Source of the DNA: Promethearchaeati archaeon SRVP18_Atabeyarchaeia-1
Lineage (GTDB): Archaea > Asgardarchaeota > Atabeyarchaeia > Atabeyarchaeales > Atabeyarchaeaceae
NCBI GenBank assembly: GCA_037308085.1
Contig: CP147779.1
Span: 1,888,001-1,952,000 of the forward strand
Reading direction: 5' to 3'
Length of the DNA stretch: 64,000 nucleotides
Positions 18,422 through 28,112 of the stretch are shown piece by piece; within the stretch, counting starts at the first letter, position 1; every line of letters starts with the position of its first letter. Below the pieces are notes generated by a model that worked only from the letters and a program-made list of their open reading frames with translations, did no database searches and was not told the origin of the DNA. The position numbers and the translations under genes are program-made.

Positions 18422-19390
18422 ATGGAAAACATAAAAGAAATCACGTTAAGGGAACTGAACCCGAGAAGGTTCATTGAGGAAAAGGTGAAGGAGATCCAGT
18501 CTACCGTTGGAGATGGAATAGCTGTCAACGCTCTGTCAGGTGGCGTAGACTCCTCGACTGTCACAATGCTGGGACACAAGGCGCTTGGAGAGCGACTAAA
18601 GACCTACTTCATAGAGAACGGGATAATGAGGGGAGGCGAACCGGAGCAGGTTGTCGCAGCATTCAAGAAGCTGGGAGTGAACGTTGAACTCGTCGACGCG
18701 AAGAAGGAGTTCTTCGATGCGCTGAAGGGAGTGACCGACCCCGAGGAGAAGAGGGAAGCCATAACCCAGACCTTCTACCGCGACGTATTCGGCAAGATCG
18801 TAAGGGAAAGCGGATCAAGGTTTCTAATGCAGGGAACCAACTACACCGATGTGGAGGAAACCGTGGCCAAAGTCAAGAGACAGCACAACGTGTTAGAGCA
18901 GCTAGGCATCGACACTGAGAAACAGTTCGGATACAAAGTGGTCGAACCGATAATTCAACTTAGAAAAACTGGTGTAAGGCGGGTAGCCAAACAACTCGGA
19001 CTTCCTGAGTCAATCTGGAACAGGATGCCATTCCCAGGGCCAGCACTCGCTGCAAGAGTCATAGGAGAAGTCACACCAGAAAGAATCGAAGCTGTCAGAA
19101 AAGCAACGAAGATCGTTGAAGAAGAGCTTGCGGGATCTGGAGCCTTCCAGTACTTCGCGATTCTCCATGAGGACAAGGTGACAGGAATGAGAGAGGGGAA
19201 GCGCGACTTCGGTCAGCAAGTGGAAGTGAGATGCTGGGACAGCACTGACGCCGTCACTGGAACACCGACGAACTTGCCCTTCAGGATTCTCGAGAAGCTT
19301 GGGGACAGGATAACCACAGAAGTTCCCGGCATAGTGAGTGTAACTTACAGTGTGACTAAGAAGCCGCCGTCGACAATAGAGGCAGTCTAG
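18422..19390 (+). CDS. guaAB: GMP synthase subunit B (ATP pyrophosphatase subunit)
   Basis: ALSGGVDSS, DPEEKR, QGT...QHNV, RMPFPGPALAAR, KKPPSTIE. Confidence 0.9.
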   Translation: MENIKEITLRELNPRRFIEEKVKEIQSTVGDGIAVNALSGGVDSSTVTMLGHKALGERLKTYFIENGIMRGGEPEQVVAAFKKLGVNVELVDAKKEFFDALKGVTDPEEKREAITQTFYRDVFGKIVRESGSRFLMQGTNYTDVEETVAKVKRQHNVLEQLGIDTEKQFGYKVVEPIIQLRKTGVRRVAKQLGLPESIWNRMPFPGPALAARVIGEVTPERIEAVRKATKIVEEELAGSGAFQYFAILHEDKVTGMREGKRDFGQQVEVRCWDSTDAVTGTPTNLPFRILEKLGDRITTEVPGIVSVTYSVTKKPPSTIEAV

Positions 19391-19502
19391 TCGGAACTCG
19401 GCAGCGCAGCATGCTCGGAAGATCTCCTTGAAGGAAAAAAAGGGTGATGTAGTGGGGGTGTGACTGGCACTCCTCTTTTTATGTTTATCGAAATAACGCA
19501 AG

Positions 19503-20060
19503 TTACTTCTTGTAGCCGTTGATGTAGGCGAACTGCTCGAAGAGGAGCCTCTCCGGTCTCTGCTTCTCGCCGAGCCTCTGCTTCTCTGAGAGTACGGGGC
19601 TTATTGCGTCGGAGTGTTTTCCGACGTTGACGAGCGTGATGACTATCATGTCGGCAGGGATGCCGAGGACCAGCTTGACTTTCTCCTCATCGTATCCTGC
19701 GACGGGATGCGCCACGAGACCCAACTCTGTGGCTCGAAGTATGAGGAGTGCAGTTGCCATGCCCGTGTCGAACAGGTAGTATATTCGGTCTCCAATCACG
19801 CAGTCGAGTTCCTTCTTGCTGACTACCGCTATGATCATCGACGAGGCCCTCATCCACTCGTTCCCCCTATTGAAAGTGGAATGCAGCTTCTTCAGGACTT
19901 CTGGGTCGTAGACGAAGACATATCTCCAGGGCTGGAAGTTGTTACATGAAGGCGCCAGCCTCGCGGATTCAGCCAGATCCCGTACCAAATCATCTGTTAT
20001 CGGGACGGGATCAAGCGAGCGGTAAGCTCTCCTTTCACTAATTGCCTGATTCACATCCAT
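19503..20060 (-). CDS. Nitroreductase family protein
   Basis: RRAYRS, ARLAPSCNNFQPWRY, DTGMA..LRATELGL. Confidence 0.9.
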   Translation of the reverse strand: MDVNQAISERRAYRSLDPVPITDDLVRDLAESARLAPSCNNFQPWRYVFVYDPEVLKKLHSTFNRGNEWMRASSMIIAVVSKKELDCVIGDRIYYLFDTGMATALLILRATELGLVAHPVAGYDEEKVKLVLGIPADMIVITLVNVGKHSDAISPVLSEKQRLGEKQRPERLLFEQFAYINGYKK

Positions 20061-20174
20061 ACGTTGATTCCTCCTCTCAGCTAATCAGTTTATGATGTGA
20101 TTATCATACTCAAAAATAAGCATTTGGGAATCGTGGCGCGGGCACTAGTAGAGTGCGCTCTTCACGGTATCCCC

Positions 20175-20687
20175 CTACGGTCGAAATACTCGCGCGCCAT
20201 GTCTGCTCACGAGGGAGTTGTTGCAGAGAAGCCTTTTGGAAGGTAGGTCAAGAAGCATTATTCCTGTCTCCCTCTTTGCCTGAGCTTTAAGCAAGCTAAC
20301 TACGCCTTCCTCGAAGCCAGATTCAGACACGTAGACTATCCACGACCACTTAATCTCATTGTCAGCCATGTAGCTCTCGGCGGCAGCCACCAGATTCCGC
20401 AGTTGCTCGACGGGCGCTCTTCCTCCTCCTCTATGGGACAGAACCAAGGCAAGGGTTTCCCAGCGAGGTGCGGTCCAAGACCACATCCTTGAGAGTAGTA
20501 CGCCTTTGACAGCCATATTCCCCCTGGCAAGAAGATCAACCTTTACGTCGCCGACTTTCTGGTCTCTGGACGAGGAGTACCAGGAACTTATCGCCTTGCC
20601 TTTACTGAATATTCTTTTCTCGGCAAAGTTGATGTATTCATCTATGTTCAACGGATCCCCTCTCTTGACTAAGTATGATTGTGGCAT
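20175..20687 (-). CDS. Hypothetical alpha/beta protein, possibly restriction-endonuclease-like fold
   Basis: 170 aa ORF; VDLLARG...WIVYVSESGF...GIMLLDL pattern. Confidence 0.55.
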   Translation of the reverse strand: MPQSYLVKRGDPLNIDEYINFAEKRIFSKGKAISSWYSSSRDQKVGDVKVDLLARGNMAVKGVLLSRMWSWTAPRWETLALVLSHRGGGRAPVEQLRNLVAAAESYMADNEIKWSWIVYVSESGFEEGVVSLLKAQAKRETGIMLLDLPSKRLLCNNSLVSRHGARVFRP

Positions 20688-20904
20688 GTGATGGCTTGTT
20701 TAGGCGAGATCGGATGCATTCATGGCCTCATATGAGAATCACCGTTCTAAAAAGCATTACTAATTATGACGCGGGTTCTACAAATCACCCATTTGTGAGA
20801 AGGCAACTTGTCCGACAGGTACCTCGAATGCGGAGTTTTCCTGAATCGGTTTCGCCTAGGCCGAAAATAAAAAAAAAGAAGGGAATTCTTGACGATGTGT
20901 TGCC

Positions 20905-22683
20905 CTACTCTGGCGGGATCTCGGAGTAGATGGCGCCAACGTCGATTCCGCGTCTCTTGTTTCGCAACTTGAAGGCACCGTATACTATAAGGCCGATGGC
21001 AAATGTAGCAAGGATCATGACCGACTCCCAGAAGGGCGCGTCAACCATGCCATAGTAGCCTGCGACAATAGGATCAACTGTGAATATGTAGAAGAGCATG
21101 GCTACCAGCATGAACACCCAGAAGAAGGTGCCAATCCAGCCAAAGACCTTCAACGCAGGAACTTTACGTGGCTTCGAATGATCCTCTGAAGAAGCCGCTC
21201 CGGCAATCGAGAAGATTACCCCTATGGCGCCGATCAAGGTGAGGCCGATTCCTATGAAGAGCATGGACGCCGATGAGATGGCTATCGCTATGCCGAACGC
21301 TATTGCCAACAATGAGATCAAAAAGCCTACGCCGAGTGCGTTGCCTGTCGTTGTTTCCCACTCGAGCTTAGTACCCTTGTCGTATGCGGACTTGAATTTG
21401 CCAATGAACGTCAAGCCGGCGACGCATATGAATAGGTACGTGAAGCAGTCGATGAAAGTTATGAAGACCAATGAGCCCCAAGCCGTCAATGCGCTGAAGA
21501 ATACTCCCGGGATTGCTACGATGCCACAGATGAGTGCGGACCACAGTGGACTGTGGAACCTATCACTGACTTCAGCGAACTTCTCAGGGAATTGACGATC
21601 AAATGACCACGCGAATGTCGATCTTGTAGCTATCAGGAAGAATGGCGGCAAGTCATTCAGAAGCCATAGCGCACCAGTGATCGATATGAAGATAGATAGA
21701 ATGGGTATCGAGTAGGTGTAGACAGCTGCGAACAGCGGCAATTGTGCGGGGGCTGGACCTCCAACGACATTGTACGCATAGAGGAATTCTTCTCCAACAG
21801 CTCTGGCCAGTCCTCCGGTGTACACTACGAACAGCAGAATTATGAGTCCCATACCACCGATGAGTGAGAGTACCATGTTCTTCTTCGGGTTCTTGACTTC
21901 TCCTCCAACGTAGGACGAAGCGTAGAAGGCGGAATACGCGAAGATTATGCCTGGGAGTGCTGCAAAGCTGAGGACGAAGTCTGGCGTGTAGGGTACGGCG
22001 CTTGCTGCAATCGTCGCGTATGAGCCTGCTCCAAAGACTGCGTTCCAGTATGTTGGAAGGTCTCCTGCGGTATGTATCAGAAGCGCGGCGATAGTAAAGA
22101 CGCTTCCAACCAGTGGGATAATGAATAGTGCTTGTACTACGCGTCCCCATATATTGGCACCGAGTGCTGCTAGAAGGGTAATTACCACTGTCAATGCGAC
22201 CCCGAGCCAGATCGAAGGCCATATGTCTTGGAAAAGTAGACCCAGGTTTACGAGTGCGCCGTTGTTGTAGATGGCACCTGCTATCTTGAAGCTAGTTCCC
22301 CAGAAGTATATGTCATAGTTGGCAAGTAGTCCCACTGAGAGGGCGATTGATACCCACGATCCCCAGCTTGCCAGGAAGCCTACTGATGGGCTGACTGCTC
22401 TGCTCATGATTACGTAGGGTCCGCCCGATCTGGGCATTGCTGAGGACATGATGCCAAGGCATATCGCTGAACAACCGAAGGGTATTGCCACCAATAGGAC
22501 CATTGCTAGTGGACTTACGGCGTTGATTCCGGCGGCCGATGTCCATCCGTAGGCTTGGACGGCGAAAGAGTTTATTCCAGCTCCAATAACTGCGCTCATC
22601 ACCATCGCGAGTGCTGTAAACCAGCCGATCTCCCGAACCAGTCCGGTTGCTTCTCTAACGAAGACCTGTTTTCCTTTGGACAT
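20905..22683 (-). CDS. APC family amino acid permease
   Basis: VFVREATGLVRE, AMPRSGGPY, GGEVKNPKK, R..FAWSFDR.FP, C-terminal YSEIPPE; many TM helices. Confidence 0.9.
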   Translation of the reverse strand: MSKGKQVFVREATGLVREIGWFTALAMVMSAVIGAGINSFAVQAYGWTSAAGINAVSPLAMVLLVAIPFGCSAICLGIMSSAMPRSGGPYVIMSRAVSPSVGFLASWGSWVSIALSVGLLANYDIYFWGTSFKIAGAIYNNGALVNLGLLFQDIWPSIWLGVALTVVITLLAALGANIWGRVVQALFIIPLVGSVFTIAALLIHTAGDLPTYWNAVFGAGSYATIAASAVPYTPDFVLSFAALPGIIFAYSAFYASSYVGGEVKNPKKNMVLSLIGGMGLIILLFVVYTGGLARAVGEEFLYAYNVVGGPAPAQLPLFAAVYTYSIPILSIFISITGALWLLNDLPPFFLIATRSTFAWSFDRQFPEKFAEVSDRFHSPLWSALICGIVAIPGVFFSALTAWGSLVFITFIDCFTYLFICVAGLTFIGKFKSAYDKGTKLEWETTTGNALGVGFLISLLAIAFGIAIAISSASMLFIGIGLTLIGAIGVIFSIAGAASSEDHSKPRKVPALKVFGWIGTFFWVFMLVAMLFYIFTVDPIVAGYYGMVDAPFWESVMILATFAIGLIVYGAFKLRNKRRGIDVGAIYSEIPPE

Positions 22684-22808
22684 TCCCTCTGCTTCTCTCC
22701 TCTGTTCTTTTCTCCTTATTGGAGATGAGTAATAGTATGCTCAAGGGGTTCATATATATACTTTTACTTTTGCCAGGGAAAAGCAGTTACTTTGAGCACC
22801 TCATTTAC

Positions 22809-23172
22809 CATTCTGCCGCAGGGGGGCCCACGCCCTTAAGGGGTGGGATGAACTGCGGCGGCTAGAATGTTCGTTTAAGTATCTCTGTTCCATATGTTTC
22901 TTTGGACCCTGGGGCGAGACCGCGCAGGGTGGCGCCCCCGATGCAAAGCCTGAGTCTCTGTTTCCCAGGGCGGATGGTGGTCTCCGAGCACGGAGACGGG
23001 AAGCGTAACCCACCGCGCCTGGCGAGGTGAGCGGGGCTGGAAAAATGTAGCGCGCGAGCCCGGGAGCTCAACTTCCGTAGCAGACTTTGCGAGACCAGCG
23101 GCCCGGCGACGGGCGGAGAAGAAGTGAACGAAACGGAAAGCCCACCGGCTTCAAGCCGTGGGAGGAGGCTAC
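22809..23172 (+). mobile_element. Non-autonomous IS200/IS605-type element (no ORF) with left- and right-end hairpins and an omegaRNA-like body
   Basis: LE hairpin 22826-22848 is 22/23 identical to the LE at 60254-60276; RE hairpin CCCAC..GTGGG at 23141-23162 followed by AGGAGGCTAC; TTAC at 22805-22808. Confidence 0.75.
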
Positions 23173-24524
23173 TCGACGGTTTCATACCACTGGGATTTCT
23201 CGCCTACCTCTGCCCGTTTCTGCCACTTCTTTGTCTTTGGTTCATCGTCCAATTGCTTCAGAAAATCCGCGAGCCTTGCTAACACTTTTCCATTTTCGTC
23301 CTCCGGAAGGCGATACTCCGCTAACATCTGGGACATTTTCTCCGTGTTCATGGATAGAGTCTTGTACAATCCCCAGTCATCTGAGCACAGTTTGGCGATG
23401 TACTTCACATCTATCTTTCCAGGGTCTCCACTCCCAAGTTCGTGATCCAGCATGATTGCCGTCGTGTCGCGAGCGTCTCTCTCGCTGAATTTCACTATCT
23501 GGAGCTTTGTCATGAGGAGGTCGGCGAGCGGTATCGTGTACTCATCCAGTTCAAGTCTGTCCTTGAGGTCAAGCTTGTGGCACATCTCGAACGCGTCAAG
23601 GTAGACATCAACGCCGATCCCAGTCTTCTCATCAAAGAATTTCAGCCTCTTTCTTCCGTGAAGCGCATTGAACTTCTTGATAGGCTCGAAGCCCAGGCTC
23701 GCAAGCATCTTCTTTATTGCGATATCGTCCTTTGCATGGGCGAAGAGGTCTACGTCCGGATAGTCTCTGGCTAGGGGCGGCTGACTCGCGCTGGGGCAAC
23801 GCATCGCTACTGCTACGCCGCCAAGTACCCTCAATATGCGGTTCTCCATCCTTGCGTCATCGACGATTCTAGTCGCCAAGTTAACGATCTCAGGCGGCGG
23901 AGGCGAGGCTGGGGGTTGTGACTGAGGCGGAGAAGTGGGAGTGGTCTCCTCCTCGGACGGTTGGATGTCGGGGGGAGGCTGCGGCTGCGCAGGAAGCAGA
24001 GGCGTAGGTTGGGGCTGCACCTCTTCTATGATTGGCTCTGGCTGGGCCGTGGCCTCGGGTTCGGGTGGAGGCGGAGGTTGAACTCTCTCAACGGGTCGTT
24101 CCAGCTGAACAGAGGTGGGAGTCGCCTCTTTGGGGGCTTGGGGAGGTGGGGCGGCCGCCTGGGCTCTCGAATCCTCGAGGGCTATGACTTCGTCTATCAG
24201 GCTGCCGTACTTGTCGGCCAGAGTTCCCATTTTGGACAAGACTATGCCAACTTTCTTGTCGGTCAGGGTTATGAGGACCGCCTTGTTCGAGACCCTCGAA
24301 GCCACGATTGTCTTGACAGGGTCCAAGGTTAGTGTCAGGTTGTCGCCTTTCCCCATGATTAGAATGTTATGGTAGAAAGGCGAGACTCTACTCATGGTAG
24401 CCTTGCTCAGATCCGTGTAAAGGACCTTGCCTTGGCTAGATAGCAGAGCTAGCTCAACTATGTCTGGAACCCCAAGGGTTCTAAATTCCTTCTTAAGAAC
24501 ATCCACTATGCTGAGGAGACTCAT
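23169..24524 (-). CDS. Roadblock-like domain + Pro-rich linker + Pol-beta-type nucleotidyltransferase-like domain
   Basis: N-terminal ~115 aa helix-strand pattern (ELALLSSQGKVL...VLITLTD), P/Q/E linker, then LGGVAV...RDYPDVDL...VDVYLD. Confidence 0.75.
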   Translation of the reverse strand: MSLLSIVDVLKKEFRTLGVPDIVELALLSSQGKVLYTDLSKATMSRVSPFYHNILIMGKGDNLTLTLDPVKTIVASRVSNKAVLITLTDKKVGIVLSKMGTLADKYGSLIDEVIALEDSRAQAAAPPPQAPKEATPTSVQLERPVERVQPPPPPEPEATAQPEPIIEEVQPQPTPLLPAQPQPPPDIQPSEEETTPTSPPQSQPPASPPPPEIVNLATRIVDDARMENRILRVLGGVAVAMRCPSASQPPLARDYPDVDLFAHAKDDIAIKKMLASLGFEPIKKFNALHGRKRLKFFDEKTGIGVDVYLDAFEMCHKLDLKDRLELDEYTIPLADLLMTKLQIVKFSERDARDTTAIMLDHELGSGDPGKIDVKYIAKLCSDDWGLYKTLSMNTEKMSQMLAEYRLPEDENGKVLARLADFLKQLDDEPKTKKWQKRAEVGEKSQWYETVE

Positions 24525-24586
24525 GTTTGAATGCCCCCAAATTCATCTCGGCTATTTAGAGACTACCATAAGATCGGGTTTGCGGA

Positions 24587-25324
24587 TTAGCGTCTCACTT
24601 CCTCAACAGTTTCATACCAGGGAGAACTCTCGCCTCTGGCGGCCCGCATGCGCCACCTCATGGATTTTGGTTCTTCCTCCAGTCTTCTGAGAAACGATGC
24701 CAACTTGGACTTGATTCTACGAGTGTCATCATCTGACAAGCCGTAATCGGCCACCATCTTAGATATCTTCTCCGCGTTCATGGACAGCGTCTTCCAAAGC
24801 CCCCAATCGCCGGAGCACAGCTTCGCTATGTAGTCCAAGTCTATCTTGTCAGGGTCTCTGCTCCCATAATCATGGTCTTTCAGGATGACTACGATATCCC
24901 TAATATCCTTCTCATTGATCTGGACGACCTGGAGCTTTGTCATGAGGAGGTCGGCGAGCGGTATCGTGTAACTATCCAGTTCAAGTCTGTCCTTGAAGTC
25001 GAACTTGTGGCACATCTGGAAGACATCAAGAAATATATCGACGTCGATTTTCTCCTTGGTGTTCGAGAACTGCAGTCTCTTCTTTCCATGCAGAGCGTTA
25101 AATCTCTTGTTGGGCTCGAAGCCGAGGCCTGTGAAGAGCTCCTTGATGGATTTGTCCTGTTTTGCATGCCCAACGAGGTCTATGTCGGCATAGTCCCTGA
25201 TCAGATTCCTATGTTTTGCGCTGGGGCATCGCATTCCTATAGCCGTGCCACCGAGTGCCCGCAGAACAACTCTGCTCTTCTGGGCCTCGTCAATAATCCT
25301 TGTTGCTTGTTGGACGATGTCCAT
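24587..25324 (-). CDS. Pol-beta superfamily nucleotidyltransferase-like protein
   Basis: LGGTAI...RDYADIDL...VDIFLD; paralog of the 23169 C-terminal domain. Confidence 0.8.
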   Translation of the reverse strand: MDIVQQATRIIDEAQKSRVVLRALGGTAIGMRCPSAKHRNLIRDYADIDLVGHAKQDKSIKELFTGLGFEPNKRFNALHGKKRLQFSNTKEKIDVDIFLDVFQMCHKFDFKDRLELDSYTIPLADLLMTKLQVVQINEKDIRDIVVILKDHDYGSRDPDKIDLDYIAKLCSGDWGLWKTLSMNAEKISKMVADYGLSDDDTRRIKSKLASFLRRLEEEPKSMRWRMRAARGESSPWYETVEEVRR

Positions 25325-25406
25325 CTAGCTCACACTCGCATGGGCCCACAAGTGAGATATTGTTGCCCCTTAAGACGGAGGGCGCAAAGCCTCTCTCGCT
25401 TTCTCA

Positions 25407-26351
25407 CTAGCCTTCAGTTCTCCAGTACTTGGAGATCTTATCCTTCTCCAGGTCAACGATGAAGCCTCTGAGGATCCCTTCACCATACTCAGAGCCCGGG
25501 TTGACACAAAGGGTTTTACCTATCTTGGCGATTCCGGGGGATTCGTGAACGTGCCCGTGAAGTCCAAGTTTCGGCTGGTACTGCTTGATCAGATCGTAAA
25601 CGGCCTTACTCCCTACGGGAATCATGACTTGTTGTCCACCTTGAACTACGGGGGTGAATTTCTCGTCAAGCTTGGGCGCCGCGTCAAGACTGGACTTGTA
25701 CGGTGGAGGATGCAGGTTTGCGATGAGATGACCGTAATCCTCCGTTAGCTTGAAGAGCCTCTCAAATCGTTTCATGAGCCTATCCTCAGGCTCCTCCCTA
25801 GCGGTATTCCACGGGGTCGGATTCACCCAGCCAGAGGTAATCATGAGGTGATTTTTGTCGATCTCGACCAGTTTCTCTTCAGGGTCTATTATCTTGTTGC
25901 TTGATTCTAGGATGGGGTCAACTATGAATCTGTCATCATTTCCAGGGGATACGAAGACTTTCACACTTCCATCGAGTTTCCGTTCCGCTATCTCCATCCA
26001 TCTGTTAATACCTTCACCGATGAGCTTATCAAAGAGCCTGCTGAGGTCAGCGGAGTCATTCTGAAGGTGCTCATATTCCTTTGTGCCACACATATACGGG
26101 TAGTAGCCCGAAGACATGACCTTCGCTTTGAATTCATCGACTTCCTGCCTAGACTTCATAACCTCGTCTCTGCCGAATATGTGTGCCTCGTATGTTCCGC
26201 CGTCAGCTTCGACGATTGGTACAACAACCTTGCCGGTGATGTCTCCTCCCATTATAGCCACGTCTGCCTTGTAGAAATTCCCGGCGTTGAGAAACTTCTT
26301 CCAGCAGACTTCGCTGCCATGAATGTCGGACGTGAAGTATATTCTTGTCAA
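25407..26351 (-). CDS. Calcineurin-like metallophosphoesterase
   Basis: SDIHG, GGDITG, PGNDD, HPPP, HGHVHE. Confidence 0.9.
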   Translation of the reverse strand: MTRIYFTSDIHGSEVCWKKFLNAGNFYKADVAIMGGDITGKVVVPIVEADGGTYEAHIFGRDEVMKSRQEVDEFKAKVMSSGYYPYMCGTKEYEHLQNDSADLSRLFDKLIGEGINRWMEIAERKLDGSVKVFVSPGNDDRFIVDPILESSNKIIDPEEKLVEIDKNHLMITSGWVNPTPWNTAREEPEDRLMKRFERLFKLTEDYGHLIANLHPPPYKSSLDAAPKLDEKFTPVVQGGQQVMIPVGSKAVYDLIKQYQPKLGLHGHVHESPGIAKIGKTLCVNPGSEYGEGILRGFIVDLEKDKISKYWRTEG

Positions 26352-26733
26352 AGCATGCTCTCCTTGATGGGAGACTACTCTTAAAGTGGTATTTCAACTT
26401 TTTCGTATTTCTGCACCCAGTGCCCAACTGATTATCGCGCATCTTCTGATCGGCGCTGCCGTCTCGACTCCTTCGCAAGGCGCGGTGATTTCCCCCGTAA
26501 GCGCTTTGGTCCCACTCTTTCCGCGGAATAGAATTCAGCTTGCTCGATTCGAAGTGACGCGTCAGGCTCACCGGTGGCAAGTTCATTGATTTCCCTCAGA
26601 ACCTCGTCGCCACAAAAGCTCCTTCGACCCATAATTCAGTCATTATCTCCTCGTTTAGGAAACTGGAGGTCTTCAGAAAAAGGCGACTACGCCTTTGCAG
26701 GAATCAGTCACTCCGAATGAGTGCCTTGGGAAT

Positions 26734-28110
26734 CTAGCCGGAGACGGTTAGGTCATCGAGCACCATACTAGGTATCTTGCCTTCACTGAGAAGCCGCACG
26801 TCTTGTCCTACCAGTTGTACTTTCTTTAATGCATCAAGGATGTTGCCAGCTATGCTCACGGGTTCAAGAGGATAGGTGATCTCTCCTTTCGCGATTAGAT
26901 AGGCGTTAGGCGCAACCACGCTGAACTCACCTGTTGTCAGGTTCGACATGCCGATCCCTATTGGCCTGTCGGTGACAAGAATTCCTTCGCCGATTTCGGC
27001 TGCTAGTTCGTCGATTCGCTTTGCTCCTGGTATCACCACAAGGTTAGTTATCGAAGTGCCTGGTAGCTGAAGGAATGGTTCGGGCCAGTCGCGGCTGGCG
27101 TTTCCCGTGCTCTCCCTATTCTGCCTCGCCGACGAGTAGCCGTTATATATGTACGTCTTCAGGACGCCTCTATCGATTATCTTGGTCGTTCGCCTTGGGA
27201 TTCCTTCGCCATCTACCTTCGAAGTTGCGATCCCTTCTGGCAGCTGACCATCATCAATGGCGGTGATGTCTGGGCTTGTTACCTCCTCTCCGACCTTGCC
27301 CTCGTAGCGACTTCTACCATCCATGGCGTTCCCTGCATCTGTAGCAGAGCCAAGCGTATCTTTGAGCAGTTCTCCGATCGATACGTTTTCCCAAACGACA
27401 CTACTTTTGAATGTTTGGCTCAACGGCTTTGCCCCCAACATCTTAAGGGAGTTCTTGGCCGCGCTTTCGCCAATTTGACTGAAGTCTGTGAGTCTGCGCG
27501 AAACAAGGGAGTCCGTCCCAGTCTTCTGCCTACCTTCTTCAGCGGTTGTGCACCTAGCGCTTGCCTCAATGTAAGACGTTTTTGAGGACGCCTCTATTCC
27601 CCTTGAGCTAGATACGGCGAAGCATGCCCTGTTGACCAAGAGAGTGCCATAGAAGGATTTCACCCGCTTGTCGAGTGCGAGAGCCCTCTTCGCGAACTCG
27701 CTGACTGATGCGAGCGCGTCATCCTCAGAGAACTCTGTGATGCTGCTGTCAATTGTGCCATCTTCTGAGGCTAGTTTGACTGGATCTGGCAGATGCTTGA
27801 AATTCGGGTCTGCCGGGCGTATTCGTGCGACTGCCAGGGCTTCTTCAACCACGGCATCGATCAGTCTCTTGTCGGTTCCAGTGGCGGCGGCGAACCCTAC
27901 CTTACCTTCTACCGCCACGCGGATTCCCACGCCAGAGGGCGTTCCACATCGGGCCTCAGCAGTCAGCTTTCTGATATTGACCGAGATCATATCAGCTTTC
28001 GAGGAGAGGGCTTCAGCCTCGTTCGCGCCTTTCTGCAAAGCTCTCCTGACTGCGAGGTCAGACAAGGCTAGCAGTTCGCTTTGAATCAGGTCCAATTCCC
28101 GGGTCTTCAT
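26734..28110 (-). CDS. pmbA: TldE/PmbA family protein
   Basis: GIRV..GKVGFA, DGEG, STGNA, TGEFSV, IAGN; lacks HExxxH. Confidence 0.9.
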   Translation of the reverse strand: MKTRELDLIQSELLALSDLAVRRALQKGANEAEALSSKADMISVNIRKLTAEARCGTPSGVGIRVAVEGKVGFAAATGTDKRLIDAVVEEALAVARIRPADPNFKHLPDPVKLASEDGTIDSSITEFSEDDALASVSEFAKRALALDKRVKSFYGTLLVNRACFAVSSSRGIEASSKTSYIEASARCTTAEEGRQKTGTDSLVSRRLTDFSQIGESAAKNSLKMLGAKPLSQTFKSSVVWENVSIGELLKDTLGSATDAGNAMDGRSRYEGKVGEEVTSPDITAIDDGQLPEGIATSKVDGEGIPRRTTKIIDRGVLKTYIYNGYSSARQNRESTGNASRDWPEPFLQLPGTSITNLVVIPGAKRIDELAAEIGEGILVTDRPIGIGMSNLTTGEFSVVAPNAYLIAKGEITYPLEPVSIAGNILDALKKVQLVGQDVRLLSEGKIPSMVLDDLTVSG

Positions 28111-28112
28111 CC

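Noticed and set aside
22880-23140. SRP RNA, RNase P RNA or tRNA
   Set aside because: Lacks the SRP helix-8 and RNase P GAGGAAAGTCC signatures and any cloverleaf; bounded by IS605-type hairpins
23890-24170. GC-rich low-complexity stretch as a repeat element
   Set aside because: It encodes the Pro-rich linker of the 23169..24524 protein
26386-26632. Short ORFs between the phosphoesterase and pmbA, and 30515..30844
   Set aside because: No recognisable motifs or clear start signals; left uncalled
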